Part shown: piece by piece, positions 53,349 to 64,000 of the stretch
Position numbering within the stretch: the stretch's first letter is position 1
How the letters are laid out: every line of letters begins with the position of its first letter
Source: Thermodesulfobacteriota bacterium
GTDB lineage: Bacteria > Desulfobacterota_D > UBA1144 > Nemesobacterales > Nemesobacteraceae
Direction: 5' to 3'
DNA length: 64,000 nt
NCBI GenBank assembly: GCA_047518015.1
Contig: JAKZRS010000002.1
Coordinates: 10,168 to 74,167 of the forward strand
Translations under genes and position numbers: made by a program
The notes under the pieces: generated by a model
The model's input: only the letters and a program-made list of their open reading frames with translations
What the model was told of the DNA's origin: nothing
Databases searched by the model: none

Positions 53349-54221
53349 CTACTCTATGTTCTGAATCTGTTCCCGTATTTTCTCAAGTTCAAGACGTATG
53401 TTTATGGTAAGATGCGAGATTCCCGCGTCCTTGCATTTTGCCGATATTGTTCCCGCTTCCCTGTTCATTTCCTGAACCAGAAAATCAAGCTCTTTCCCCA
53501 CGGGCCCCTTCTTCCTGGCGGTTTTCCCGAACTTGGAGATATGGGCCCCAAGCCTTACGATCTCTTCGTCAATTTCGCTTTTTTCCGTCACTATGGCCGC
53601 GGCTTCCTGAGAGATAAGAGGGTCGTTTTTATGTCTTGAGGAAAAGATCTTCTCGATTTTTTCCTTTGTTTTTTTCTCGGATTTCTTTACGAATTCCTTT
53701 CTTCTTTTCTTCACGCTAGCGACAGTTTTTTTTATGCTTTCAAGGCGCCCTAGTATCGCTTTTTCAAGTTTCCGTCCCTCGATTTCCCGGCTCCCGTCGA
53801 ATTTTTCCAGGGCTTTTGCGACTGCCTCTTTGATCCTGGCTACCGTCTCTCTTGAGACCTCGGGTCCGACGTGGCTTTCAAAGGAGTTCTCCATCATAAG
53901 CAGATGCTCGATCCCTATCTCCGTTTTAAGCCCCAGGGCGGAATTGATTCTTTTAAGGGAGTTGTGATTTTCCCGAAGCACCGTTTCGGACAGACGCTGT
54001 CTTTCTCTTCGATTTGTCTGAACGGAAAGTCTCAGCCTGAGTTTTCCTCTCTGAATTGAGCTTTTCAGTTTCTCCTCAATGACGTTTTCCATCTGGAGAA
54101 ACGATTCAGGGACGCTTGCCTTCACATCAAGGAACCTGTGGTTCTCCGACCGTATATCCACCACAATCTTTCCGACTTCAGTGTTTACGGATGATTCCGC
54201 GAAACCAGTCATGCTTTTCAT
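53349..54221 (-). CDS. yicC: YicC family stress-induced protein
   Basis: MKSMTGFA…, YicC_N and DUF1732-type C-terminus (…ELDFLVQEMNREA…). The start is taken at the internal ATG. Confidence 0.8.
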   Translation of the reverse strand: MKSMTGFAESSVNTEVGKIVVDIRSENHRFLDVKASVPESFLQMENVIEEKLKSSIQRGKLRLRLSVQTNRRERQRLSETVLRENHNSLKRINSALGLKTEIGIEHLLMMENSFESHVGPEVSRETVARIKEAVAKALEKFDGSREIEGRKLEKAILGRLESIKKTVASVKKRRKEFVKKSEKKTKEKIEKIFSSRHKNDPLISQEAAAIVTEKSEIDEEIVRLGAHISKFGKTARKKGPVGKELDFLVQEMNREAGTISAKCKDAGISHLTINIRLELEKIREQIQNIE

Positions 54222-54415
54222 AATGTGTTTCTGTCCTTTCCGGTATCCGTTTTTCTTTATTTTCCAAACCAGAATACCCGCAACGGGTTCTAATTCATAA
54301 CCACCGCTTAGCGAGAAAGAAACTGCGTTGTATCTTTTCTTAACTTGCCTGTACAATCTTTCTCATTTAACTTTTTAGGTTATTCAAAGGATCTTCAGTT
54401 TCCGCTACGTTATCC

Positions 54416-54881
54416 ATGAGAAAAACTTACCTTTTCGTTCTGCCATTGCTGTTTCTTTTTCTTTCCTGCGCTATTCCGGTGCGAGGTTCAGGAGAAAGAA
54501 GGCCGCACCCGAAGGTTTCCGCTACAAGCGTTGTCAACTCTTTTCTTGAGGCGCTTAAGGAACAGGACTTTGAATCCGCTTACAAAGAAATCCATATATT
54601 CAGTTCAGACCGCGAAGGTTACATAAGCAGGCTTAAGTTTCTTTACGAGAGCTACGACCTCAGGGTAGTCGACTACAAGGTCTTGGCAACCCAGCTCTTT
54701 AGGGATACCGCCATAGTGGTTGCTGAAGTGGAGGTTGACTACAGCAGACCGGGCGAGGGTGAGCGTCTGAGAGCTAAATACAGAAACCGCTACGATCTCT
54801 CCATCCCCGAAAAAGAGTGGAAAATAGTAAAGGACGAATGCATTGAGAACTGCAGTTACGGACCAGAGGGTGGAAGCGGAG

Positions 54882-54895
<14 letters not shown>
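54416..54895 (+). CDS. Hypothetical lipoprotein (NTF2-like?)
   Basis: MRKTYLFVLPLLFLFLSCA lipoprotein signal peptide. 159 aa. Confidence 0.45.
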
Positions 54896-56823
<1,928 letters not shown>

Positions 56824-56826
56824 AAA

Positions 56827-57198
56827 TTGAAAAAACTTGCTTTTATATCCATTGCGGCTCTTTTCGTTTCATCGTGCATGCCTCCCGGGGCTGGCGGGGG
56901 AGGGGGAACGACGGTTTCAGCCGTACTTCCGTTCGTTCTCATATTCGGCCTTTTTTACTTTCTTATCATAAGACCCCAGCAGAAGCAGGGACGCGAACGA
57001 AAGCGGATGCTCGCCGAGGTAAAAAGGGGCGACAGCATTGTTACCACAGGGGGCATATACGGGAGGGTGATAAACGTTGAGGGAGACGACCTCACGGTCG
57101 AAATAGCGAAAGGCATTAACGTAAAGATGACCCGCTCCGGAATCTCGGAGAAGACGGATTCTGCGGCCGCTGACGGCAAATCCAAAGGGGGCGGCTGA
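56827..57198 (+). CDS. yajC: Preprotein translocase subunit YajC
   Basis: Single transmembrane segment followed by …IIRPQQKQ…KRGDSIVTTGGIYGRVINV…. Confidence 0.8.
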   Translation: MKKLAFISIAALFVSSCMPPGAGGGGGTTVSAVLPFVLIFGLFYFLIIRPQQKQGRERKRMLAEVKRGDSIVTTGGIYGRVINVEGDDLTVEIAKGINVKMTRSGISEKTDSAAADGKSKGGG

Positions 57199-57201
57199 TT
57201 A

Positions 57202-58803
57202 ATGAAAGGCGTGTCCCGTCTTTGGATTACCGTTATCGCTCTTTGTGCTTTTCTCTCCGTAATACTTCTTATGCCGACCTTTCTGGGTGACAAGCTTCCC
57301 TCGTGGTGGGGAAAGGCGTTCTCAAGCAAGGGGATAAGTCTCGGGCTTGATCTTGAGGGAGGAATATTCCTTCTTCTGGGAGTTGAGACGGAAAAGGGCG
57401 TTAACCAGGAAATGCTTATCGTGGAGGAGGCCCTTGTCTCGAAGTTCGCGGAAAACAGGATTCTGGTAAAAAGCTCGTCCGTTTCTGACGGAACCCTCAC
57501 GGTAGGTTTTTTCCCCGGCGCGGATATCGACAGGGCGCTTGAGCTTGCGCGCGACGATTTTGAACAGGTGGCGAATATAGGTTCCGACGGCTTTCTGGTC
57601 AGGCTCTCGATAAAACCTTCTTACGTGGCTGAGCTTGAGCAAAACTCAATAGAACGGGTCCGCCACATAATAGAGAACCGCGTTAAGGATTTCGGTCTGG
57701 TTGAGCCGAGCATACAGAAGTCCGGTGACGACAGGATTCTGGTGCAGGTGCCGGGCGCTTCCAAAAAAGACAGACAGAGAATAGTAAACCTGATCAAAAA
57801 GACGGCCGTTTTGGAGTTCAAGATCGTAAAAGCCGTAGGGGCGTCACGGGAAAACCTCCTTGCGGCGACTGAAACGGAAACCGAGAAGCAGGTTGCGGAG
57901 AAGGGGATGTCCATCCACGCTGGAGATACCGGAAACGAAAACGAAAAGTTCTTTCTCACCGAGCGCCTTGCGAGCGTGACCGGGGAATATATCTCCGATG
58001 CGCGGATAACGTTTGATAATTACGGAAATCCCGCGGTCGGATTCACCTTCAGGGGAGAAGGCGCGAGCAAGTTCGGGAAGCTTACCGAGGAGAATGTCGG
58101 AGCGCGCCTGGCAATAGTTCTTGACGGCATTATAAAGTCCGCTCCCACTATCCAGGACAAGATAACCTACCAGGGCACCATAACCGGGACTTTCACCCCT
58201 GAAGAGACAAAAGACCTGGCGCTTATACTGAGATCGGGCTCTCTTCCCGTTCCCGTAAGGGTGGAGCAGGAGAGAACCGTGGGTCCTTCCCTCGGCCAGG
58301 AGTCCATAGAAAAGGGGAGATTCTCCATGATCGTCGGCGGGATACTCGTTTTGGTATTCATGGTCTTTTTCTACAGGATCCAGGGCGTCATAGCGAACGC
58401 CGCCCTTGTGCTTAACATACTTTTCATAATGGGTTCTCTCTCCGCTTTCGGGGTGACGCTCACGCTTCCGGGCATAGCCGGGCTTGTTCTTACCCTCGGT
58501 ATGGCGGTTGACGGAAACATCATCATATTCGAGAGGATAAAAGAGGAACTTGTCGCGGGGAAAACCGCCATTCACTCAATTGAAACGGGATACGCCAGAT
58601 CTCTCTGGACCATCCTTGACGCTAACGTAACGACGCTTCTTACGGCGCTTATACTTTTCTGGCTCGGCACAGGCCCGATAAAGGGTTTCGCGGCCACGCT
58701 TTCAATCGGAATAGTGTCGACCGTTTTCAGCAATCTCGTGGTGGCGAGAGTTTTTACGAACATGCTCTACAGGGACAAAAAACTGACCGAAGTAAGTATC
58801 TGA
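57202..58803 (+). CDS. secD: Protein translocase subunit SecD
   Basis: SecD periplasmic domain and a C-terminal 6-TM bundle (…GIAGLVLTLGMAVDGNIIIFERIKEE…). Confidence 0.9.
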   Translation: MKGVSRLWITVIALCAFLSVILLMPTFLGDKLPSWWGKAFSSKGISLGLDLEGGIFLLLGVETEKGVNQEMLIVEEALVSKFAENRILVKSSSVSDGTLTVGFFPGADIDRALELARDDFEQVANIGSDGFLVRLSIKPSYVAELEQNSIERVRHIIENRVKDFGLVEPSIQKSGDDRILVQVPGASKKDRQRIVNLIKKTAVLEFKIVKAVGASRENLLAATETETEKQVAEKGMSIHAGDTGNENEKFFLTERLASVTGEYISDARITFDNYGNPAVGFTFRGEGASKFGKLTEENVGARLAIVLDGIIKSAPTIQDKITYQGTITGTFTPEETKDLALILRSGSLPVPVRVEQERTVGPSLGQESIEKGRFSMIVGGILVLVFMVFFYRIQGVIANAALVLNILFIMGSLSAFGVTLTLPGIAGLVLTLGMAVDGNIIIFERIKEELVAGKTAIHSIETGYARSLWTILDANVTTLLTALILFWLGTGPIKGFAATLSIGIVSTVFSNLVVARVFTNMLYRDKKLTEVSI

Positions 58804-58813
58804 AGGTGCACGA

Positions 58814-59725
58814 GTGCGACTTATAGGAAAACTGAATTATGATTTTGTAGAGAAGATGGGGGGCGCGAAGCGTATTTCCATCGCGCTTGTTGTTATCTCC
58901 ATCGCTTCCCTTCTGTATCACCAGGGACCTAACTGGGGAGTTGAGTTCACGGGCGGAACGGAAATACACATAAAACTCGCGAAGAGCCTGGAAGCCAACG
59001 CGCTAAAAGAGGGGCTTAAAAATAGCGGCTTTCCCTCCGAATCGATTCAGCGCTTCGGTCTTCCGAGCGATAACGAGTACCTGATACAGTTTGCTCCGGA
59101 ACTTGCGACTTTTGACCAGATACAGGATTTTCAGAAAAGCCTTGAAGATCTTTTCGCGGAGTCAGAAAACTTCAAGGGAGCCTCCATTCAGAGAATAGAC
59201 TACATAGGTCCCAGGGTAGGGAAGGAACTCGTAACCAGGGCCTCTCTCTCCATACTGCTTGCGTGCATCGGCATACTGGCTTATCTGGTCGTAAGGTTTG
59301 AATTCGGTTTTGCCGTGGGAGCGGTTATCGCGCTTCTTCACGACACCTTTATAACCGTGGGGGCCATATCGGTTGCGGACAAGGAATTCACTCTTGCGAT
59401 CGTTGCCGCGCTTTTGACCGTGATAGGTTATTCGGTTAACGACACCATCGTCATATTTGACAGGATAAGGGAAAATATGGGCAATTTTCCTGAGAAGGGC
59501 TTCAGAGAGCTTGTTAATGAAGGAATCAGCCAGACGCTCTCGCGTACGTTGCTCACCTCGATAACGGTGTTTGCAGTACTTGTTCCGCTGTTTTTCCTCG
59601 GCGGTTCGGTAATACACGATTTCGCGTTCACCCTTATGATAGGGGTCGTCGTGGGAACCTATTCTTCAGTTTTCGTGGCAAGTGCCTTTGTGGTTTACTG
59701 GAGAAAAAGAAAGGCAATCGGATAG
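58814..59725 (+). CDS. secF: Protein translocase subunit SecF
   Basis: SecF N-terminus and membrane domain (…AYLVVRFEFGFAVGAVIALLHDTFITVG…), immediately after secD. Confidence 0.9.
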   Translation: MRLIGKLNYDFVEKMGGAKRISIALVVISIASLLYHQGPNWGVEFTGGTEIHIKLAKSLEANALKEGLKNSGFPSESIQRFGLPSDNEYLIQFAPELATFDQIQDFQKSLEDLFAESENFKGASIQRIDYIGPRVGKELVTRASLSILLACIGILAYLVVRFEFGFAVGAVIALLHDTFITVGAISVADKEFTLAIVAALLTVIGYSVNDTIVIFDRIRENMGNFPEKGFRELVNEGISQTLSRTLLTSITVFAVLVPLFFLGGSVIHDFAFTLMIGVVVGTYSSVFVASAFVVYWRKRKAIG

Positions 59726-59836
59726 GGGCTGCTTTGGCTGAGGCTCAGTCGCAAGCAAGCTCCGCGCTTTGATAATCGGCCTCATAACGGTTAAATATTT
59801 TCCCGTTTTGCTTCTGGAAACGCACAATCCGGGTAC

Positions 59837-60859
59837 ATGATGGAAGAAACGCTTCAGCAAATCAGAAGCCGTATAGATTCTGACCTTGACGCCGTCTCGA
59901 CGGAGGTTGATCTTGTCAAGGTAAAGGCAAGCTACGTCGGAAAAAAAGGATCTCTTACGCAGCTTCTAAAATCCATGAAAGACCTTCCCGTAGAGGAGCG
60001 CCGCCAGGCGGGCATTCTCATAAACGGAACCAAGAAGGAAATAGAGGCGCTGATCGAGAAAAAATCCGATGAGATAAAGCGCAAAATCATGAACGAAAAG
60101 CTTCTTGAGGAAGCAACCGACTTCACTCTCCCCGGCCGCGGAATGCCGGTAGGGGCCAAGCATCCCATAACTCAGGTGATGGAGCGTATCGTCTATGACT
60201 TCGAGAGGATGGGATTCGAAGTCGTCGAGGGTCCCGAGGTTGAGCTTGATTACTACAATTTCGAGGCGCTTAACATACCGAAAAATCACCCCGCAAGGGA
60301 CATGCAGGACACTTTTTACATCACCGACGACATGGTGTTGAGAACCCACACTTCCCCCGTGCAGATACGGATCATGCAGACCCAGCGGCCTCCGGTGAAG
60401 ATAATAGCTCCCGGAAAGGTTTACCGATGCGACAGCGATGTTTCCCATACTCCGATGTTCCACCAGATAGAGGGTCTTCTGGTTGACAGAGGCATAACTT
60501 TCGGAAACCTGAAGTCCGTCATCATCCAGTTCGTCAAACTGACTTTCGGGGAGGATAAGAACGTCAGGTTCCGCCCGAGCTTTTTCCCCTTCACCGAGCC
60601 CAGCGCCGAAGTGGACATAGAGTGTCAGATATGTTCGGGCAACGGATGCAGGGTATGCAAGAATACCGGCTGGCTTGAAATAATGGGATGCGGGATGGTC
60701 GATCCCGCGGTTTTCTCAAGCGTTAACTACAATACGGATATCTATTCGGGCTTCGCCTTCGGTATGGGGGTTGAGAGAATCGCCATGCTCAAGTACGGGA
60801 TAAACGACATAAGGCTTTTCTTTGAGAACGACGTGAGGTTTTTGAGGCAGTTCGTATAG
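59837..60859 (+). CDS. pheS: Phenylalanine--tRNA ligase alpha subunit
   Basis: Class II aaRS motifs (…FRPSFFPFTEPSAEVD…GCGMVDP…GFAFGMGVERIAMLKYGI…). Confidence 0.9.
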   Translation: MMEETLQQIRSRIDSDLDAVSTEVDLVKVKASYVGKKGSLTQLLKSMKDLPVEERRQAGILINGTKKEIEALIEKKSDEIKRKIMNEKLLEEATDFTLPGRGMPVGAKHPITQVMERIVYDFERMGFEVVEGPEVELDYYNFEALNIPKNHPARDMQDTFYITDDMVLRTHTSPVQIRIMQTQRPPVKIIAPGKVYRCDSDVSHTPMFHQIEGLLVDRGITFGNLKSVIIQFVKLTFGEDKNVRFRPSFFPFTEPSAEVDIECQICSGNGCRVCKNTGWLEIMGCGMVDPAVFSSVNYNTDIYSGFAFGMGVERIAMLKYGINDIRLFFENDVRFLRQFV

Positions 60860-61014
60860 TTTTTTGAGGGGCTACCGTTTTTTTATGGTTCGCTTCGCCT
60901 TACTAAAAACCATCAAATTAGATAACGGTTCCAAGTTTTAAAAATATCTCTCATATGAAGACAATCCGAATCAGATATTAAACAAGATTCGAGAAAACAG
61001 AAAGGAGAACACCG

Positions 61015-61572
61015 ATGGGAATCAAACCTGATCACTGGATAAGAAAAATGGCGCTGGAGCACAAGATGATAGACCCTTTCGTCGAGGGGCAGGTAAGCAA
61101 GGGTGTGATATCATACGGCCTTTCCTCCTACGGCTACGATATAAGGGTAAGCGATGAGTTCAAGGTATTTACCAACCTGCACAGCGCCGTTGTGGACCCG
61201 AAGAATTTTGACACCAAGTCCTTTGTGGAGATAAGGGATGAGTACTGCATAATCCCGCCTAACTCTTTCGCGCTCGCAAAAACAGTTGAGTATTTCAGGA
61301 TACCCAGAAGCACCCTTACCGTGTGCGTCGGTAAATCCACTTACGCGAGGTGCGGAATAATTGTGAACGTAACCCCTTTTGAACCCGAGTGGGAGGGATA
61401 CGTGACGCTTGAGATCTCAAATACGACTCCAATTCCCGCGAAGATATATTCAAACGAGGGAATAGCCCAGGTGCTCTTTTTTGAAGGGGATGAGGAATGC
61501 GATATCTCCTACGCGGACAAGAAGGGAAAATACCAGAAACAGACCGGCATCACGCATCCGAAGATTTCCTAG
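61015..61572 (+). CDS. dcd: dCTP deaminase
   Basis: [13 protein letters not shown]…[10 protein letters not shown]… with a dUTPase-like fold. 185 aa. Confidence 0.9.
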   Translation: MGIKPDHWIRKMALEHKMIDPFVEGQVSKGVISYGLSSYGYDIRVSDEFKVFTNLHSAVVDPKNFDTKSFVEIRDEYCIIPPNSFALAKTVEYFRIPRSTLTVCVGKSTYARCGIIVNVTPFEPEWEGYVTLEISNTTPIPAKIYSNEGIAQVLFFEGDEECDISYADKKGKYQKQTGITHPKIS

Positions 61573-61613
61573 GCGTAGCCGGACAGCTGGCGTTTTGTAC
61601 TGATTTTAAAAGA

Positions 61614-62485
61614 CTAGGCGAAGAGATCCGTGATCTGTGCGCGTAACTCGCTAATCACTGATTTTGAGGCAGGCAGATTCGGTACCAGATGTTCAAGCGA
61701 TTGGTCCCAATTGTTTTCAACGAGGGCAAGCATATCACCATCAAAGAAATCTTCGGGGCCGGTGAATACGACATTTCGCTCAGCGCATTTTTCCTGAAGA
61801 AAAGGGATGAATTCAGTAAAGTCCATATCATCCTTGTATGTGCTCAATATACGCCATAGGTCGTAGTAATCACGCCCGCGTGTACGGTTCCATCCACGCC
61901 TCTTGAGCATAGCTGCGTTCTGCAGGATCGCTCTCAGTTTTTCCGCGACAATTTCTTCAAGAGAATACGTTTTGATTTCCGCTTCGAGGGACTCGCCGTA
62001 TTGATGGATGATTTCTCGCGTTTTCACGGGCTTGAGAATTTTCTCATCCACGGTGATTTCTACCATAATGCTGCTCAACGGGTCATTGTGCCAAGGAAGA
62101 CGAGCCCGTATTCTGAAAGCTTCCTGATTTCCCGGATGCGGGCGTCTTTCAACATAGCGCTCGCAGATGATATTTGCTGCGGAACCGTATCTTTCCATGA
62201 GGTGCGTCGCGATGCCGCACGCTTCCCGTACGGCATGCTCCATATCGCCACCTGTTGGAACTCCATTGAGTCCCGAAAGTCCAGATCCTCGGAAAAGCGA
62301 TAGTCGCCGAAGTAGCATTTTCTGAGAGCCGTACCCCCTTTGAAGACAAGCGTATCGAGCAGTAGAGGCACTTGGCTTAAGCCGACCAGAATCCAAGACT
62401 GTAAATAATCACGTTCGATAACATACCAGGGGATGTCGGTAGATTGATATATTTCCTGAATGCGGGAGCGAAGCGGTTTCACCAT
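61614..62485 (-). pseudogene. AbiEii/DUF1814-type nucleotidyltransferase toxin (type IV toxin-antitoxin), interrupted by a frameshift
   Basis: The N-terminal part (ORF 62075..62536 frame) carries the VFKGGTALRKCYFGDYRFSEDLDF signature. The body continues in another frame (ORF 61614..62396: …GDMEHAVREACGIATHLMERYG…YYDLWRIL…). The switch lies around 62290-62310. Confidence 0.6.
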
Positions 62486-63294
62486 AAGCCGACTTTTCCT
62501 GGAAGGTTCTCTTGTATCATCCAACGACTGTTGCACGATCCCTTTCTCGGCCCCGTGGGATCGAGCTTGCGGTAACCTTTTACTGGCAGTTCCAGGAGTT
62601 CCCCGAACTCAGAAGAATCGTAGTTCCAGTATTCCAGAACCCATCCTAGCCGCTTTGCCGCCGCGACATTCAGCCGTAGAGCATACTTTACTATTCGCTT
62701 AATGTTCAGCTTGTCTCCTATAACATTAAAGGCGTGGAGCGCTTCGGCGAAGCCGCCGCAGTACTGAGGACGGCAAAGACCGTCTAGAAGCGTACGTTCG
62801 GGATCCGTTATTGATACCAGAGTGTTAGCGATCCAGAGGTTCTCCGTACCGAAGAAATGTTCCGGTCTGATCTGAATGAAGCGGTACGAAGCATTTCCAG
62901 TCGGATACCCTCTGTTAAACTTTCTCTTGCCCTTAACCCCTCGTACGCGCGGGAAGGAACTTTCCGTGGTAGTAAGGACAAATATAGTTCTCGGAACCTG
63001 CTCCGTCAGGCCGTGGTGGTTCAAGGCCGACCAGTGAGAAATGGCTGCTGGACTCACCAGATTCATTGAAATCTCAAACTCGTGCATTGGGATGCCTCCA
63101 GAAACTGTGGGAGACAGGGCGTACAGCCCCCTGCGAATGGGGACTATCCAGTCATTTCGCCGGAGATGATAAAGAGCCTCGCAAAGATAGGAATCCTTTA
63201 TCCCCGCTTGGGGGGCCAGTTCCCGCGCCCGGTCTATGGAAAATATTCTGTTTCCCTCGGAAGCCAGAAGACGGATCAGTTCAATTCCGACCAT
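62479..63294 (-). CDS. AbiEi-family antitoxin/transcriptional regulator partner of AbiEii
   Basis: N-terminal winged-HTH-like region (…IFSIDRARELAPQAGIKDSYLCEALYHLRRNDWIVPIRRGLYAL…). It sits immediately upstream of and abuts the AbiEii gene, the canonical abiEi-abiEii order. Confidence 0.6.
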   Translation of the reverse strand: MVGIELIRLLASEGNRIFSIDRARELAPQAGIKDSYLCEALYHLRRNDWIVPIRRGLYALSPTVSGGIPMHEFEISMNLVSPAAISHWSALNHHGLTEQVPRTIFVLTTTESSFPRVRGVKGKRKFNRGYPTGNASYRFIQIRPEHFFGTENLWIANTLVSITDPERTLLDGLCRPQYCGGFAEALHAFNVIGDKLNIKRIVKYALRLNVAAAKRLGWVLEYWNYDSSEFGELLELPVKGYRKLDPTGPRKGSCNSRWMIQENLPGKVGLW

Positions 63295-63702
63295 GGATTT
63301 TTTTAGATTTCTTTCAGTATTAATTTGATTCTCTCCAATTTTTGCTTAACATAATCTATTATAGGTTCTGATATCAATATATGGCAAATATTGGAGGATG
63401 TCAAATTTTTACCATATATAATCTATTTCACAAAAGCGTAAATTACCTTTAAAAGCGTTATTCATACAACAGGCGGTATGTCTTGAAGTTCTGTGCAACT
63501 GTGAAGGTATTGTCGATTTGAAAACTAGAATTTAGTCTGAAATAATTGGATTTGAGAGAGCAATGTTGTTTGTGGGGGACCACACAATGAATTATTCTGG
63601 AGAAAAATTCTGATTTTTACGTAAACTGCCGGATATTACGGACTTTTTTCTTTTTCTCAGGTATCATAATAAACACATTATCTCTACCGGGAGGTACTTG
63701 TT

Positions 63703-64000
63703 TTGAGCGAGTCTCAAGAATCCGAAACAATGGGCGAATTGCGGCAAGATAACGGTTCCAGTGATGATTACACCGCGGAGCAGATAAAGGTTCTTCCGGG
63801 CCTTGAAGCCGTAAGAAAACGCCCGGACATGTACATAGGCGATACCAATTCCCGGGGATTTCACCACCTCGTGTTCGAGGTCCTCGATAACAGCGTAGAC
63901 GAATCCCTGGCGGGCTTCTGCAGCAGTATTTCCGTTACAGTACACGTGGATGAGAGCATTACGGTTGAAGACGACGGAAGGGGAATTCCGGTCGACATCC
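63703..64000 (+). CDS. gyrB: DNA gyrase subunit B, 5' end (continues beyond the window)
   Basis: …[49 protein letters not shown]… A TTG at 63703 is preceded by GGGAGG at a 7-nt spacing. An alternative ATG lies at 63730. Confidence 0.85.
   Translation, partial: MSESQESETMGELRQDNGSSDDYTAEQIKVLPGLEAVRKRPDMYIGDTNSRGFHHLVFEVLDNSVDESLAGFCSSISVTVHVDESITVEDDGRGIPVDI

Noticed and set aside
57844-58575. A 243-aa minus-strand ORF inside secD
   Set aside because: It is an antisense shadow of secD.

Overview
This 64 kb window is bacterial chromosome and reads mostly as core genome (~50% GC by eye); the rRNA operon may have deltaproteobacterial or Nitrospinota-like affinity, but I cannot place it from sequence alone. 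Housekeeping content includes rpiB (partial), etfBA, murI, clpS-clpA, an ABC-F ATPase, cstA, the dnaX-ybaB-recR cluster with a probable SRP RNA upstream of dnaX, moeB/moeZ, cspA, trhO, cimA-lysC, tsaE-nnr, cysS, rmuC, dapB, tgt-yajC-secD-secF, pheS, dcd and the gyrB 5' end. One rRNA operon is present (16S, tRNA-Ile(GAT), tRNA-Ala(TGC), 23S) with no recognisable 5S, together with tRNA-Ser(GGA) and tRNA-Leu(CAA). Between these sit several accessory or decayed patches. (1) A ~3 kb island lies directly 3' of the 23S where a 5S would normally be: a GC-rich segment with no recognisable feature, a ~500-aa hypothetical gene split by a -1 frameshift, and a vapBC toxin-antitoxin pair with a palindromic operator. 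This island is my best candidate for an undescribed system. (2) An orphan Phd/YefM antitoxin is fused by an ATGA overlap to a 43-codon PIN-toxin remnant. (3) A BCCT transporter has been inactivated by two frameshifts and is flanked by duplicated cupin genes and a second BCCT tail fragment. (4) An AbiEi/AbiEii abortive-infection pair carries a frameshifted toxin. (5) A mosaic patch holds an AT-rich lipoprotein gene, a HyuB::M19-dipeptidase fusion, a sucD stranded without sucC whose start codon reads ATA, and a free-standing GIY-YIG endonuclease. No CRISPR array or recognisable transposase was found.
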